DNA of 64,000 nt from Amoebidium appalachense. Lineage: Eukaryota; Protista; Ichthyosporea. The position numbers were made by a program, and so were the translations under genes. This document shows positions 1 to 12,956 of the stretch, piece after piece. Under the pieces are notes generated by a model. That model saw only the letters and a program-made list of their open reading frames with translations. It did no database searches and was not told the DNA's origin. Positions within the stretch are counted from its first letter, which is position 1. Every line of letters begins with the position of its first letter. The stretch spans positions 13,421,252 to 13,485,251 of the forward strand of contig CAVNZM010000003.1 of assembly GCA_963693365.1 (NCBI GenBank). Direction: 5' to 3'.

Positions 1-98
1 CACGAAATGAAGCCTACATGGTTATGTTGGTACCGAACACCCATCCTACGTGTTTACCCAGAAAAATATTTATGTCAATAATTTCCACAAATAAAACC
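1..98 (-). mobile_element. 5' terminal (A) repeat end of a YR (Ngaro/PAT-type) retrotransposon extending left of the window
   Basis: Near-identical to 38769-38866; ends in the same ...CAAATAAAACC terminus. Confidence 0.85.
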
Positions 99-262
99 AC
101 TCCGGGAGAAATTATTAAAAACATCCACAGTTTTTGTTTTTCTTTCCTCCTTCTTCTCTTTCTTTCTCTCCCTTTTCTTTCACATAAACCATTAACCGTT
201 ATTTTTATGGCGGGCCCCCGGGCCCATGCCCCCGCGGCCCCGCCCCCAAAATATGGGATATG

Positions 263-970
263 TGTCATATTCACTTGATTCTCAGCAAGACTTAGAAGTT
301 GAGTTTTGTATTTATTTATTAGTTGTTGTAGTTTGTTTCCTTTTCCTTTCTTCATTTCTTTCTTTCTTTTCTGTTTCCGTGTACACGACATCTTAGATCT
401 GTGTACGTATCGACATACTTAGCTCGCGCACACGTATTGTCGTTTGTGTCAAAATCTATATATGTCATCCAATCATATCTCGTTTGTATTTTCCCAAATA
501 TAGTAACTTACATTCCTTTCTCATTCCTTTCTCACGACGTAGCATTGTGCTATGTTCTCCAACTATTAGGAATAATTATATTTAGACGTGTTATGATAAG
601 AACATGTATAAATGTATGTTATGAATTAATAGTTACATAAGTGGTTTCATTTTGTTAAATGTTTCCGTGCTTTTATTAGAAGTTTCTTTCATTAGAGGAT
701 TGAGTTTTATATTCTATGTGTCGACAGACATTTTAATCGATATATTTTACACTCATAGTTTTCGTTCTTTTGATTGGTTTATCGTTTCACATTCCCAAGT
801 ATAAAAGGGACTTCATCTTGAAATAAATCATAAGCAGTCGTATTCATTTCCTATGGTTCCAGAAATCGTTCCACCTCTCCGGTTGTGTTTTTCCCGTGTG
901 TCTCTGTGTTGTGTATATCATAACACCCATCTGTGCTCTCTGCTTCTCCGTTTACCCACACAAAATAACA
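263..970 (+). repeat. Copia 5' LTR
   Basis: TGTCA...TAACA; direct repeat of 5151-5858. Confidence 0.97.
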
Positions 971-982
971 GGTTTAAGGCCC
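971..982 (+). promoter_or_regulatory. Copia primer-binding site
   Basis: GGTTTAAGGCCC directly after the LTR; resembles the GGTTATGGGCCC-type PBS of copia elements. Confidence 0.7.
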
Positions 983-1046
983 CTTTGCACGCTAACACAC
1001 AATCTCGCTACAACCGCGAAAATCTCTCAGTCTTACTGCTTCAATC

Positions 1047-4000
1047 ATGACTGACAAACCGTCGTATATCAACCTTCCAATATGGAATCCGTCCGAGAAA
1101 CGAGACGAGAAACGTCTTAATTATTTCGAGTGGGAGCCACTCATTCACCGGTTCATTAGAACAACCATTGCCGAGAAATTCGTTGACGCTATCAAGAGGC
1201 CACCGTGACAGTGGGTTGACGGCACCGACGCCAACCAGTGGCTAGGCTACGTCACCAAGGACTCCTACAAGAAGGCTTCCGACGTCCTCGACCAGATCCT
1301 CAACCAGTCCGTCCACCCGACCGAGCTCTACGACTCCGGCCGGATGCAAGACGGTGTCCACGGTGGTGAAGTCTTCCACAACCTACGTATGGCGTATGTA
1401 GCAGAGAAGGAGGCCCGAGTCACCCAGATTCAAGTCACCTTCGAGGAGCTTGAACTACGAGACTACCCCAACGTCACAGCATACCTCACCCGTCTCCAAC
1501 GTCTGGCTACGACACTTGCCTGCCTCGACGAGCCCGTCCAGCACAAGGATGTCGTACGTAAGTTCTTCCTTCACCTCAGGAAGAACACGGCCTTGGTCTG
1601 CTCCGACATTGAACGTCTCTGCTCCGACTACTGGATGAACAACAAGGCCTACCCGTCCTTCAACCAGCTCATCAGTGACATCCGAGGAGCTGAAATTCGT
1701 GCCGGCCTCATCGACGCAGGCACTGGTGCAACCGTCAACAACCGTCCCCTCCGTGCACTCCAGAGCAGAGTGCTTCCCCCCGGTGACCTCCGTAACCGTA
1801 TTCCTCGACGTGAGCATACACCTCACCGTTCCCCGTCCCGTTCCCGTGATCCTCGTCCTTCCTCCAAGTCACCCGGCCCCCGTTCAACTTCCCCTTACCA
1901 CCGTGGTAACAGGGACAACCGTAACCGACAGCACAACACCAAGAAGGTGGAGTGTTCCTACTGCCATGAGCCCCACCACATCACAGCATGCCCGGAGCCT
2001 GGCTGTACCGTTGCTCGTCGTGCCAAGCAGGAGAAAGGCGACAAGAGTGTGAAATTTGCACTCATCTCCTCCACCGGCACACCCGACAGTGACGACCCCG
2101 TCTGGGACAGTGCTTGTAATGCACACATCTGCCCCATCAAGGAGTATTTCTCCTCCCTTACCCCGTGTCCTCCCACCCCCATTCACGGCCTCGGCACCGT
2201 CAATGCCAAACAACGTGGCATCATCAACATGACACTGCACTACAACGGCCAACCAACACAGTGCAGCATCAATGCTTACTACGTACCCGAGTCACCGTCT
2301 TTCCTCGTGTCTACCTCCATGGCCTCAGCTGCCGGCCTCCTGGGTCATTGTGACGATACAGACAACCACCCGTCGTTCCTCTACAGCCGTTATGGTGACA
2401 TCATTTCAGATCTCACCCCCCTCGATGGTCTCTACTACATCACTGACTATGTGATTGAGACTCCTAAACACCCGAGGGTCCAAGCCTACACAGCAAGGAC
2501 TCAACCAACCGCCGACCTACCCTCCAAGGCACACAAGATCCTTGACCGTGCCAGCAACCAAGTCAAGATCTGCCGTGATGTGATCTTTGACGAGTCAAAA
2601 TTCACGAGCAGCACCAATCAGGTCCCCGTTCCCCCCAAACCCGATCTGCCGACATTGGACCCCCCCTCCGACGACGACGATGAAACTCCGTCTGTGGTCA
2701 TCTCCCAACCGTCCTGGCACAACCAACCAGCCCCGGTTGAACCCGTGCCTCCCCCGAGCCCCCCCCCCACTGGCCAACAACCCTTGCTGCCGGCCCCCCC
2801 CCGTTGCTGTGCATCAACCCGGCTACATGACTCCGGTTCGTCCTGGGTCCCCCACCTTCCACTCAGCCTCGAGCAGCCCTGTGGACACCGATGCCCCCCT
2901 CACCACCGGTCCTATTCCTGGCTTCCATGCCCCTGTCCCGGCCTCCACCACCTACCCGGCCACCACCCCCCTCAAGGACCCCCCCAAGCCCAACCTTCGT
3001 CGGTCTACACGTCTCACCAAGACTCCAACGGCACTGGTCAGCATCGTAGCACCGACCATCAACATTGACCAGCTCCCCAAGGGCATTCAAAAGCTCTGCA
3101 ACGGTCCCAACGGTGATGCCGTCATAGCTGCCCTCACCTCCGAGTACCAAGCCTTCATCACCAAGGATGTCTTCACCATTGTTGATCCCCCCCTGGTGCC
3201 AACATCATCAAGTTCAAGTGGATTGTGACTGAGAAAGTCCTCAACTCAGCCGGTCACGGTGACACCAAGATCAAAGCTCGTGGAGTTGCAAAGGGCTTCA
3301 CTCAAGTCTACGGTGTTGACTACGGTGACACCTCTTCCCCCGTGGTGATGTCCTCCTCCGTCCGTGCCCTCCTTGCAATCGGTGTGGACGGCAACCATGA
3401 GATTCATCAACTCGACGTCTCAACTGCCTTCCTCAACAGTCCTCTTCAAGAAGACATCTACATTGAGCCACCACCTGACTTCATCACCCCCGGCAACGAA
3501 CACAAGGTCTGGAAACTTAAGAAGGCACTCTACGGCCTCAAGCAAGCATCACTGGCCTGGTATGAGTACTTCGACAAGGTCCTCCTTGCTCATGGTCTTG
3601 AACGTCTCCGTTCAGATCCATGTGTCTACATCAAAACCTTCCCCAACGGTGACATCATCCTCACTGGCAACTATGTGGACGACGTCATCATCATCTGCAC
3701 GGCCAACTCTTCCCACACCAAGGATCTAGTAGACCACATCATGAAGTCAGCTCTCTGCAAGGTTGACCTTCCCGACATCTTCCTTGGCACCCAGCTCATC
3801 CACACCCCCGGTCACCTCAAGCTGCTTCAACAATCCTACATCAACGACATCGTCAGAGACTTCAACCTCAACGATGCTCACCCCAAGGCTACTCCCATTC
3901 CCGTCGGTACCGTCATCACCATCAACGAGAACGACTCACCACCCATCAAGGTTCCCTACCGTGAACTACTCGGCCGTCTTTTGTGGGTTGCTCGTTGTTC

Positions 4001-4628
4001 CCGGCCCGACATCTCCTTTGCCATCGGCTACCTCGGTAGATTCAGTGCCAACCCCACCAAACTTGCATGGGAATGTCTACTCCGTGTAGTTCGGTACCTC
4101 ATCGGCACTTCCAACCTCGGCCTTCACTACGACAAGTCTGCATCCGACGACAACACCCCCTTGCTGGAGTGTTATTCTGATGCTGACTTTGCCAACTGCC
4201 CCAACACCCGTCGTTCAACCACCGGATACGTCATCTTCTTCAAGGGCATACCTATCACATGGTATTCGAAGCTGCAGTCCATCACGGCAACATCCACCAC
4301 CGAGGCTGAGCTTCTGGCCATCAATGCTGCTGTTCAAAACGTCATCTGGCACCGTGATCTCCTCCGTGAACTCGGCTACCCGATGACCGACCCCACCCCC
4401 GTCTACTGTGACAACCAGTCCACCATTGCCCTCCTGCACACCAACAGCATCAAGCACCGGACCAAACACATTGCAGTCCGGTACCACAACACGAAGGACT
4501 ACATCAAGAGTGGGGATGTGGTCGTCACCTACGTGTCCAGCAAAGACAACGTGGCTGACATCTTCACCAAGCCCCTGCCCGGGCCCTCCCACGAGCATCA
4601 CCGTGATTCACTCAGTCTTCGTGACTGA
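1047..4628 (+). pseudogene. Copia gag-pol: Gag zinc knuckle, aspartic protease, RT, RNase H; integrase missing
   Basis: ATG 1047 with in-frame TGA at 1206; CSYCHEPHHITAC knuckle; VWDSACNAH protease; KARGVAKGFTQ, QLDVSTAFLN, LYGLKQA, YVDD (RT); YSDADFA, STTEAE, DNQS, ADIFTKPL (RNase H); frameshifts at poly-C near 2800 and 3190. Confidence 0.95.
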
Positions 4629-4629
4629 G

Positions 4630-4664
<35 letters not shown>

Positions 4665-5141
4665 TCATCTACAGTGGTCACGGTCTTCAAGTAGGTTGGG
4701 GCACTGGCCAGTGGTCTACACATCACCGTGTAGAGACACCTCCCAACGAAAGTCTACTGCTGTCTTCATCGATCTTCAGTGTGTGCTTCTTCAGTGGGGA
4801 TTTCTTCTCCACCATCCGTCGTTTATTTATATACCATCATATATATAATGTATAAATCATTAGCCACCAACACGTCACACATACACTAGTTGTTTCTTCT
4901 ATATATATTTATATATCGTCATTGGCTACCGTCATCTTCCGAGTCTTCAGAGGCAACCGTCGTTGTGTGCTTCTTCCGTTTTGGTTTTCTTCCCCGGCGT
5001 GCACCTTCAAGTCTTCTCCAATTGTCTTCTCGAGTGGGGAAACTTGACTGTGACTTCACGGCACCTGCTTCTACATGTGTGAGAGTCTTAACATCAACAG
5101 TCACATCAACAAACTTCACGAGAACCCAACTTCCAACCCTT

Positions 5142-5150
5142 GAGTGGGGA
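5142..5150 (+). promoter_or_regulatory. Copia polypurine tract
   Basis: GAGTGGGGA abutting the 3' LTR. Confidence 0.75.
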
Positions 5151-5858
5151 TGTCATCTTCACTTGATTCTCAGCAAGACTTAGAAGTTGAGTTTTGTATT
5201 TATTTATTAGTTGTTGTAGTTTGTTTCCTTTTCCTTTCTTCATTTCTTTCTTTCTTTTCTGTTTCGGTGTACACGACATCTTAGATCTGTGTACGTATCG
5301 ACATACTTAGCTCGCGCACACGTATTGTCGTTTGTGTCAAAATCTATATATGTCATCCAATCATATCTCGTTTGTATTTTCCCAAATATAGTAACTTACA
5401 TTCCTTTCTCATTCCTTTCTCACGACGTAGCATTGTGCTATGTTCTCCAACTATTAGGAATAATTATATTTAGACGTGTTATGATAAGAACATGTATAAA
5501 TGTATGTTATGAATTAATAGTTACATAAGTGGTTTCATTTTGTTAAATGTTTCCGTGCTTTTATTAGAAGTTTCTTTCATTAGAGGATTGAGTTTTATAT
5601 TCTATGTGTCGACAGACATTTTAATCGATATATTTTACACTCATAGTTTTCGTTCTTTTGATTGGTTTATCGTTTCACATTCCCAAGTATAAAAGGGACT
5701 TCATCTTGAAATAAATCATAAGCAGTCGTATTCATTTCCTATGGTTCCAGAAATCGTTCCACCTCTCCGGTTGTGTTTTTCCCGTGTGTCTCTGTGTTGT
5801 GTATATCATAACACCCATCTGTGCTCTCTGCTTCTCCGTTTACCCACACAAAATAACA
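5151..5858 (+). repeat. Copia 3' LTR
   Basis: Direct repeat of 263-970, followed by TSD ATATG. Confidence 0.97.
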
Positions 5859-6546
5859 ATATGTGGATATGAGATATGTGATATCTGTGTACACATATCG
5901 CGATATGGGATATGTGATATGGGTGGATATATGTACATGAGCACGTGCACACAGTGTGTGTGTAAAACACGTGCAGAGCACGTGGTTTTAATTAAATGAT
6001 TAAACAATTAAAGAGAGAGAGAGGGCGTGTCACGTGTACGCGTACGTGTACGCGTACATGTGGTACGTACACAAGTGCTGATCAAAGGAATGCGAAGGTT
6101 TGCGCAAGGCGTCCAATGGGAATTCGAATTCTGAATTCCATGTACAAGCGTCCAATAGTATTACGGATGCGCAGGGCGGCCAATGATAATTCGGCTCAAA
6201 AAAGCCAATTGCCGCACAAGGCGTCCAATGAGCATTAAGGACAGCACATTCCATCCCCAAGGCGTCCAATGAGCGCCCGGATCTTACAATCTGGGTCTCT
6301 TATTGGACGCCTTAGGTACACAGGCGGTTACCGCGGCCACACACACACACAAACACGTACCGACGTTGTTTTTTGCAAGATGTTTGCTTTGGAGATTTAT
6401 TGCACAGGCACAGGCTTGTTACTTTGCATACTGTTCTTTATTGAGGCGTTGCTCTGGCACAGCCAGGCTTAGCCTAGTAATTAATAATTAGATTGATACT
6501 TGAGATTTATAAGATTACAGCCTGAGATCTAAGGTTACCATTCAAG

Positions 6547-9500
6547 ATGTTCAGAGAGAGCCAGGAAGAGTTTGAAGATGACCTGTTGCGGGCACTGGAT
6601 GCCGACCCGCAGCAGGTCCTGCAAGCCCACCCGTTTCTGCAGGCCATGTTGGCCCCACCACCCCCACCCCCACCCCCTCCCCCGGCCTTCCCCCCGCCCC
6701 CGCCCCCATCAACCACCCCGATGACCCCCAGATCGTTGCCATGGCCGCCTGGCGCCTGGCAACCGCCTGGCAACTGGCGGCTGCGTTCCCGTGTCGATGA
6801 CATGCAGGCACGGGGACTGGGTGTACGCGGCCACACCCTCGAGTACCAACCCCTGCGCACCCTTGACGTGACTGAGTTCCCCCAGTTCTTTGCTGCCATG
6901 CTGTTTGATGCCATTGCCCGTGCAGATGTGCAGGCGGGGGACATGCTGATTGTGCGTATCATCAGCCTGCACGTGCAGGCCAACGGCGTGGACAACCAGG
7001 TGGGGGATGATGGCAACCCCAACGCCGACGTGACCAACCGGAGGGTGTTTACGGCCGGTCCCATGGACGTGTTCAATGGTGATGTCAACGCCGTGGTGCT
7101 CAAGCTGATGGAGAACATACGTCAACGTACCCAGAGTGCAGCCGAGACCTTCATGGACGGCCGGTCCAGCGTGCACCTGACAGTGGCCCGGCCCAAGGAC
7201 ATGGTGAGGAGGGGGGCCTGCGGCACCCTCTCCACCACCACGGGGGTGAATGCACGGTGGCTGCAGGATCTGGTGGAGGCCAAGGCCGTGGTGGATGTGA
7301 CCGCCCTGGTGCAGGCGGCCTGCACCACCGATGACCCGCAGGTGACCGGGGAGACCCGCCTGGACCACCAGCAGCTTCACGGCTTTGCCTACGGCCCCAA
7401 CTGTGCCCAGCTGTGCCTGCTGTACAGCATGGCGATGTGGGTGAAGAAGGCGGCCAATGGCAATGGCAACGAGCAGGCCAACCTGCCCACCGAGCACACA
7501 CGCAAGGTGCTGGGCAAGGGGGGCAACCTCATGGATCGCAAGGACCACCACGTGCTGTGCCACCTGCTGACCCCGGAGGAGGTGGTGGGGGTCGGCAACA
7601 CGACCCCGGGGAGGTCCAGATCTGCCGGCTGTGGGGTGTGCAACCTGCTGTTCCCACCCACAGACTACCGTAGCCACTTCAAGGACCGCTACCTGCGGAG
7701 ATTGGTGAGGGCCACCCACGTGCTGTGGACCAAGTACGACCTACCCGTGCCTGCAGAGGACGGCCTGACGGTGGATGAGCTGGGTGCTGCCGTGGATGCC
7801 CTCAACACGGCCATTGCCGAGCAGCCTGAGTCAGTCACCCGCCTGCGGTTGGTGGTGGTGGACATGGACAGCAAGGGCAGGGTGCTACGCCGGTACGGGG
7901 ACCTGAGCACGGCCCTACCCCCCTCCAAGCTGTGCACCATGTACTTGGCCCACTCCCAGAAGCTGGGCCACTTCACGGCCATCACTTCCAGTGTCAGCAC
8001 CACCGTCGAGCGCCTACCACACGACAACCACACGGGGGAGGCACGACGGAACCTCAGCACCTGCTACTACTGCAACCAGACCGTGCAAGCCAAGAACATG
8101 GGGAAACACCGCTGTGTGAACCAGTGCGACAACTGTGGGTCAAAGGGGGACCTCAACGACCAGGCCAACGCCTGTGTGTGGACCCCCGAGCGCCGTCTGC
8201 AGCTTGCACGGGCAGGGGAGGAGGCATGGCCTTACCGTTGTGACGACTGCTGTGGTCTCTTCCCTTCGGCCAAGTGCATGGCCAACCACAGCACCAAGCT
8301 CAAGGGCTCAGGGGCAGGGGTTGGCAGAGACCGTCAATCCTTCTGCGACAACGTGTTCTGGTGCCGGCTGGACACATGCACCCACGGCCTGCAGGGGAAC
8401 AGGGTGATGGATGCTGGGGATGGTGCCCGCCGGGTGTGTGTGTCAGGCAACCCTGCCGGCCGGTTCTTCTACAAGTTCAAGTACGCCAGCGTGCGCCGTC
8501 TACGTCGGCTGCACACCGCCCAGGAGCAAGGGGGGTACGATGCAGGTGCAGCTGCCGGTGCCAACGACGAGGGGGAGGACTGGGGCTGGGGCACGGACAC
8601 GGAGGAGGACTCGGATGCCGAGGATGCCGACTCAGACCCCCCACCCAACCTTGCCGACTCGTCGGACGACGAAGGTGATGATGATGAGGATGATGGCATC
8701 GACCTCATGCAGATGTCTGAGGGGGAGGGGGAGGGGGGAGGGGGGAGGGGGGTCAGCACGGGGTCAAGAAGGACGACACGTGGACACAGCACCTGTGCAC
8801 CGACTACGACTGCAAGGGCTGTGGGGGGTACATGCCCGGCAACCACACGTGCCTCATACGTAGCAAACGAGATCAACGGCGTGTGTACATGTGCACACAC
8901 ACGGATGCAGACGGCACGGTGTGTGACAGGGTGGCATGCTACTCCAACGAGCAAGGGGAGGGGGAGAAGGGGGAGGGGGAGGGGGGAGAGTCACCTGCAC
9001 GGCAGATGGCCAGGGTGGATGATGCCGGCTGCAGGGTGGGTGCACTGGCACACATGTGCAAACGGCACGTGCCCAACGACGATGGCAGCAGGGGGCCGTG
9101 GAAGCAGACCCGGCAACCCATCAGGGACATCGTGCTGGACTTCGAGACCATGCCCGTGCCTGCCCCCGACCACACGGCCGAAAACCCCCACTTCATCCAC
9201 ATCGTGTACCATGCAGTGGCCATGTACGTCGAGCCGTCGGGCGGCCAGCCGTCTGCCCCCATCGTCTTCTGGCCGGAGGCCTCGGCCGACGGCAAGAACG
9301 GGTGGGATGTGCTGATGGAGGACCACCACCACGTGATTGACAAGGTGGTGGCATGGCTGTTTGACACCCCTGCCCATGCCGGTGGCCGGGTGTACTGCCA
9401 CAACGGCAGCGGCTTTGACTTCCACTTTGTGACCAAGAGGGTGGTGGGCAGCCAGGACTACGTGTACGTGCCCATCATGGCCAACAGCAAGATCAAGTCC

Positions 9501-12210
9501 TGCCGTATCCGCCACTACATCAAGAATGCCGGTGCACCAGCAGCCCCCGTGCCCATGCAGGTGGATGGTGATGGTGATGGTGATGGTGCCGATGGCGATG
9601 GCCATGGCCACGATGGCAATGGCCATGGTGATGGCCATGGTCATGGCCATGGTGATGTGCAGCAGCAGGCAGCAGCAGCAGCAGCAGGCACCTGCCACAA
9701 GAGGAGGCACGGGGGGCAGAGGGGGGACGGCAGCCGCACGACGGTGGTGGAGCTGACGTTTGTGGACACCCTCAACTTCCTCACCATGTCGCTGTCGGAC
9801 GCTGGCAAGGCCATGGGGTGCCAGGAGACGAAGGGCCACTTCCCCCACTGTGCAGCCACCTTTGCCAACTTCAAGGCCGGCCACATCCCCTTCCCCGGGC
9901 CCGAGGACTTTGGGGCCCAGGACATGAAGCCCAAGCAGCATGCTGCCTTCATGCAGTGGTGGCGGGAGGAGCAGGCACGGCTGCAGGGGCAGGCACCGGC
10001 GGGCACGTGCTACGACATTGCCCAGCAGTGCGAGGACTACTGTGTCAAGGATGTGGTGCTGCTGCAGCAGGTGGTCAAGGCCTTCATGTCGAAACTCATC
10101 GAGCTGACGGGCATCAACCCCTTCACGTGCGTCACCCTTGCTTCCCTCGCCATGCACTTCTGGATCACGCAGGCCATGCCCAAGGACGTGGCCGTGATGC
10201 GTGACCAGACCATGGGCAACGTGAACAGCAGCAAGAAGGAGCAGGAGTACATCGACTACGTCACCCACGGCCTGGGGGTGGGGCCAGACGACGTGGCAAA
10301 GCACGTGGCCACCGGGTACGACCCCCACGGCAGGGCCACCGCTGATGCCAAGGCCACCCACGACGACGGCACGTGCACCCACTACTTCTTCCACGGGTGC
10401 GTGTTCCATGGGTGCCCCGACTGCAACAGGCACGAGGACATGACGATGAGGGTGGTGAAGAGGCCGGCCAGGGAGGCCTACGACAGCACCATGGCCCACG
10501 AGAGGTACATCCGTGCCCAGGGCCACAAGGTGCAGAGCATGTGGGAGTGCAGGTGGGACAGGCTGAGGCAGAGCCCCGAGGTCAAGGCAGCACTTGCAGC
10601 ACAGGCGGCACGGAGGGAGGGCACCGGCAGGGTGGCCCCCGTGCCCACGGGCCCGGTGCAGTTCCGTGATGCCTTCTTTGGTGGCCGTACGGAGGTCATC
10701 ACCCGTCACATTGAGGTCAAGGAGGAGGACTGGCCGGAGGCCGGGCTCAAGTACGTCGACGTCACATCCCTCTACCCGTACGTGATGATTGACAAGTACG
10801 TGCCGGTGGGCAAGTCACAGTGGTTCACGTCACTGCCCATCAAGACGGAGGACCACCCCACGGCCATCGTCACGGATGCCCAGGTGCTGAAGGAGAGGCT
10901 CGACAAGACGTGCCGTATGACCCCCGGCTCCCCCCAGGCCAGGACCAAGGGGTACTTTGGTGTTGCACGTGTGAAGGTGCTCCCCCCCAACTGAAGGACC
11001 TGTTCATCCCCGTGCTGCCTGTGCGTATGACGGGTGCCCAGGGGTACGACAAGCTGGGCTTTGTGCTGTGCAGGGCCTGCAGCAGCAAGGAGGAGGCCCG
11101 GGCCACCTGCATGGACGAGGACGGTAGCCCCCGGGTGCGTGAGCACACACTGTGCACACACACGGACGAGGAGAGGGCACTGGTGGGCACGTGGACGACG
11201 GAGGAGCTGAAGGTGGCCGTGCGTGATGGGTACACCATCCTCGACGTGTACGACGTGGTGCACTTCAAGAAACGCACCAAGAACCTCTTCCGGAAGTACG
11301 TGCAGACGTTCCTGAAGGTGAAGCTCACCAGCACCACCGTAGATCCGGCCGACATCCCCGCCCTCGTGCACCTGTTCAAAGAACACTACGGCATCACGGT
11401 GGCCGCCCACGAGTTCGAGCCCAACCCGGCCCTGCGTACCATCAGCAAGCTGTTTCTGAACAGCCTCTGGGGCAAGCTGGTGCAGAGGGCAGGGCTGGAC
11501 ACCATCGAGTTTGTCGACGACGTCGACAGGCTGAGGCTGCTGGTGACCAACCCCAACCTGCTGGTGCTCGACGTCGAGCCCATCGGCGAGCAGAGGGTGG
11601 CCATCAAGTACCGGCCCAAGAAGGAGACGGCTCCACCCCCCTCCTACGCCAACATTGCCATCGGCACGTTCGTGACGGCCCATGCACGGCTGCACCTCTA
11701 CGGGGCCCTCCGGTCCCTCTCCCCCCAGCAGGTGGTGTACATGGACACCGACTCCATCGTGTACCACTACGACAGTAGGGTGCCCCACCTCAGCCACAAC
11801 ATCAACTCCACCAACGGGGACTTGCTGGGCAACTGGAAGAACGAGACGTCGACACCCATCGTCGAGTTTGTGGGGGTGGCCCCCAAGACGTATGCCTACC
11901 GCACCCAGGACGGCAAGACCGACGTGAAGGTCAAGGGCATCAGCCTGTCCCGCCGGGCGGCCGACATGGTGAACCTCCCCAGCCTGCGCATGCTGGTGCA
12001 CGGCGAGCTGCCGAGTGTGAGCGTCACCAACCACCGGCTGTGCGGGAGCCCGTGCCCGGGGTCCCCCACAACTACCACCTGGCCAGCAAGGACCAGCGCA
12101 AGACACAGTCGGGGGTGTTCGACAAGAGGGGGGTGTTTGAGGCAGCAGACGGCAGTGTACGCAGCTACCCCATCGGGTGGGCGGCACCGGAGGGGACCCT
12201 GCAGTTTTGA
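6547..12210 (+). pseudogene. Protein-primed family B DNA polymerase (Polinton/adintovirus type), ~1.9k aa across 3 frameshifts
   Basis: ExoI LDFET, ExoII HNGSGFDFHFV, FVDTLNF, KGHFPH, ExoIII YCVKDV, FFGGRTE, motif A DVTSLYP, motif B KLFLNSLWGK, motif C YMDTDS, PKTY, VKVKGI, C-terminal FDKR...YPIG. Frameshifts near 8740 (G run), 10990 (C run) and 12040; reconstructed stop TGA 12208-12210. Confidence 0.95.
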
Positions 12211-12671
12211 GTGGGGGGAGGGGGTAGGGGGAGGGAGGGGGGGGGTTAGTTAGGAGGTAGTCTAGCAGTGGAAAATTATGTGGTGTGTTTGTTAACTTAG
12301 CATTAGAAGAAAGAAAAATGGGGTGCAGAGTGCACGGGCAGGGGGGTCACCGGCAGAAGAGGAAAAAGATGGTGTTTTTAGGCATACACCACGTGCACCG
12401 TATGCACGAGGGGAGGCAGCCAATAAATTCAGAGCTTAATGCAAAACCAAGCATGTCCAATGTGTCCTTCGGCAAAAGCAACACCAACACCGGAACCATA
12501 CATGTCTACAAGGGCGGGAGGCTTGCCAAAAAGAGCAGGCACCAGCACATATAAAAGGCACACACGTGTGCACAGACACGTCACTTTTTTCCAACACAAA
12601 AACAGTCAACATCACGAATTAGGTGAACTTCGGCCGAAACACACACACACACACTGACACGGAAAAAAAAA

Positions 12672-12956
12672 ATGGACGAAGACACGTTGATAAGTATGGT
12701 GGCCAACACCACGGACCCTGAGAAGCTGCTAGACCTGTGCCCCTTCCTCTACGACATGTACTGCAACACCACCACACAGCCACGGCCACGGCCACAGACA
12801 CAAGGGTGCTGGTGGGCATACTGCAAGGAGAGGGAGACGTGCACGGGGGAACAGTCACGACGAATACGAGCACGACGGAGGGGACCAGGAGTACGTGTAC
12901 GAGGAGGGGGGAGGGAGGGGGGAGGGGGAGGGGGAGGAGGAGGAGGAGGACTGCAT
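12672..12956 (+). pseudogene. N-terminal part of the viral VLTF3-like gene, cut by a transposon end
   Basis: A-rich-preceded ATG, Cys-containing then acidic sequence ending GAG GAC TGC AT; joins in frame to G TGG GTG TAC at the 60358 junction. Confidence 0.65.

Larger units (their letters stand above)
263..5858 (+). mobile_element. Ty1/Copia LTR retrotransposon, integrase-deleted, recently inserted
   Basis: 708-bp TG...CA LTRs at 263-970 and 5151-5858 (I see 2 mismatches); 5-bp TSD ATATG at 258-262 and 5859-5863; PBS, PPT; Gag-PR-RT-RNaseH motifs. Confidence 0.97.

Noticed and set aside
401-640. Identical 79-aa ORFs at 401 and 5289
   Set aside because: They lie within the LTRs; AT-rich and without motifs
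6709-12187. Long antisense and off-frame ORFs over pPolB (also over the kinase and RT)
   Set aside because: Shadow ORFs of GC3-rich coding sequence
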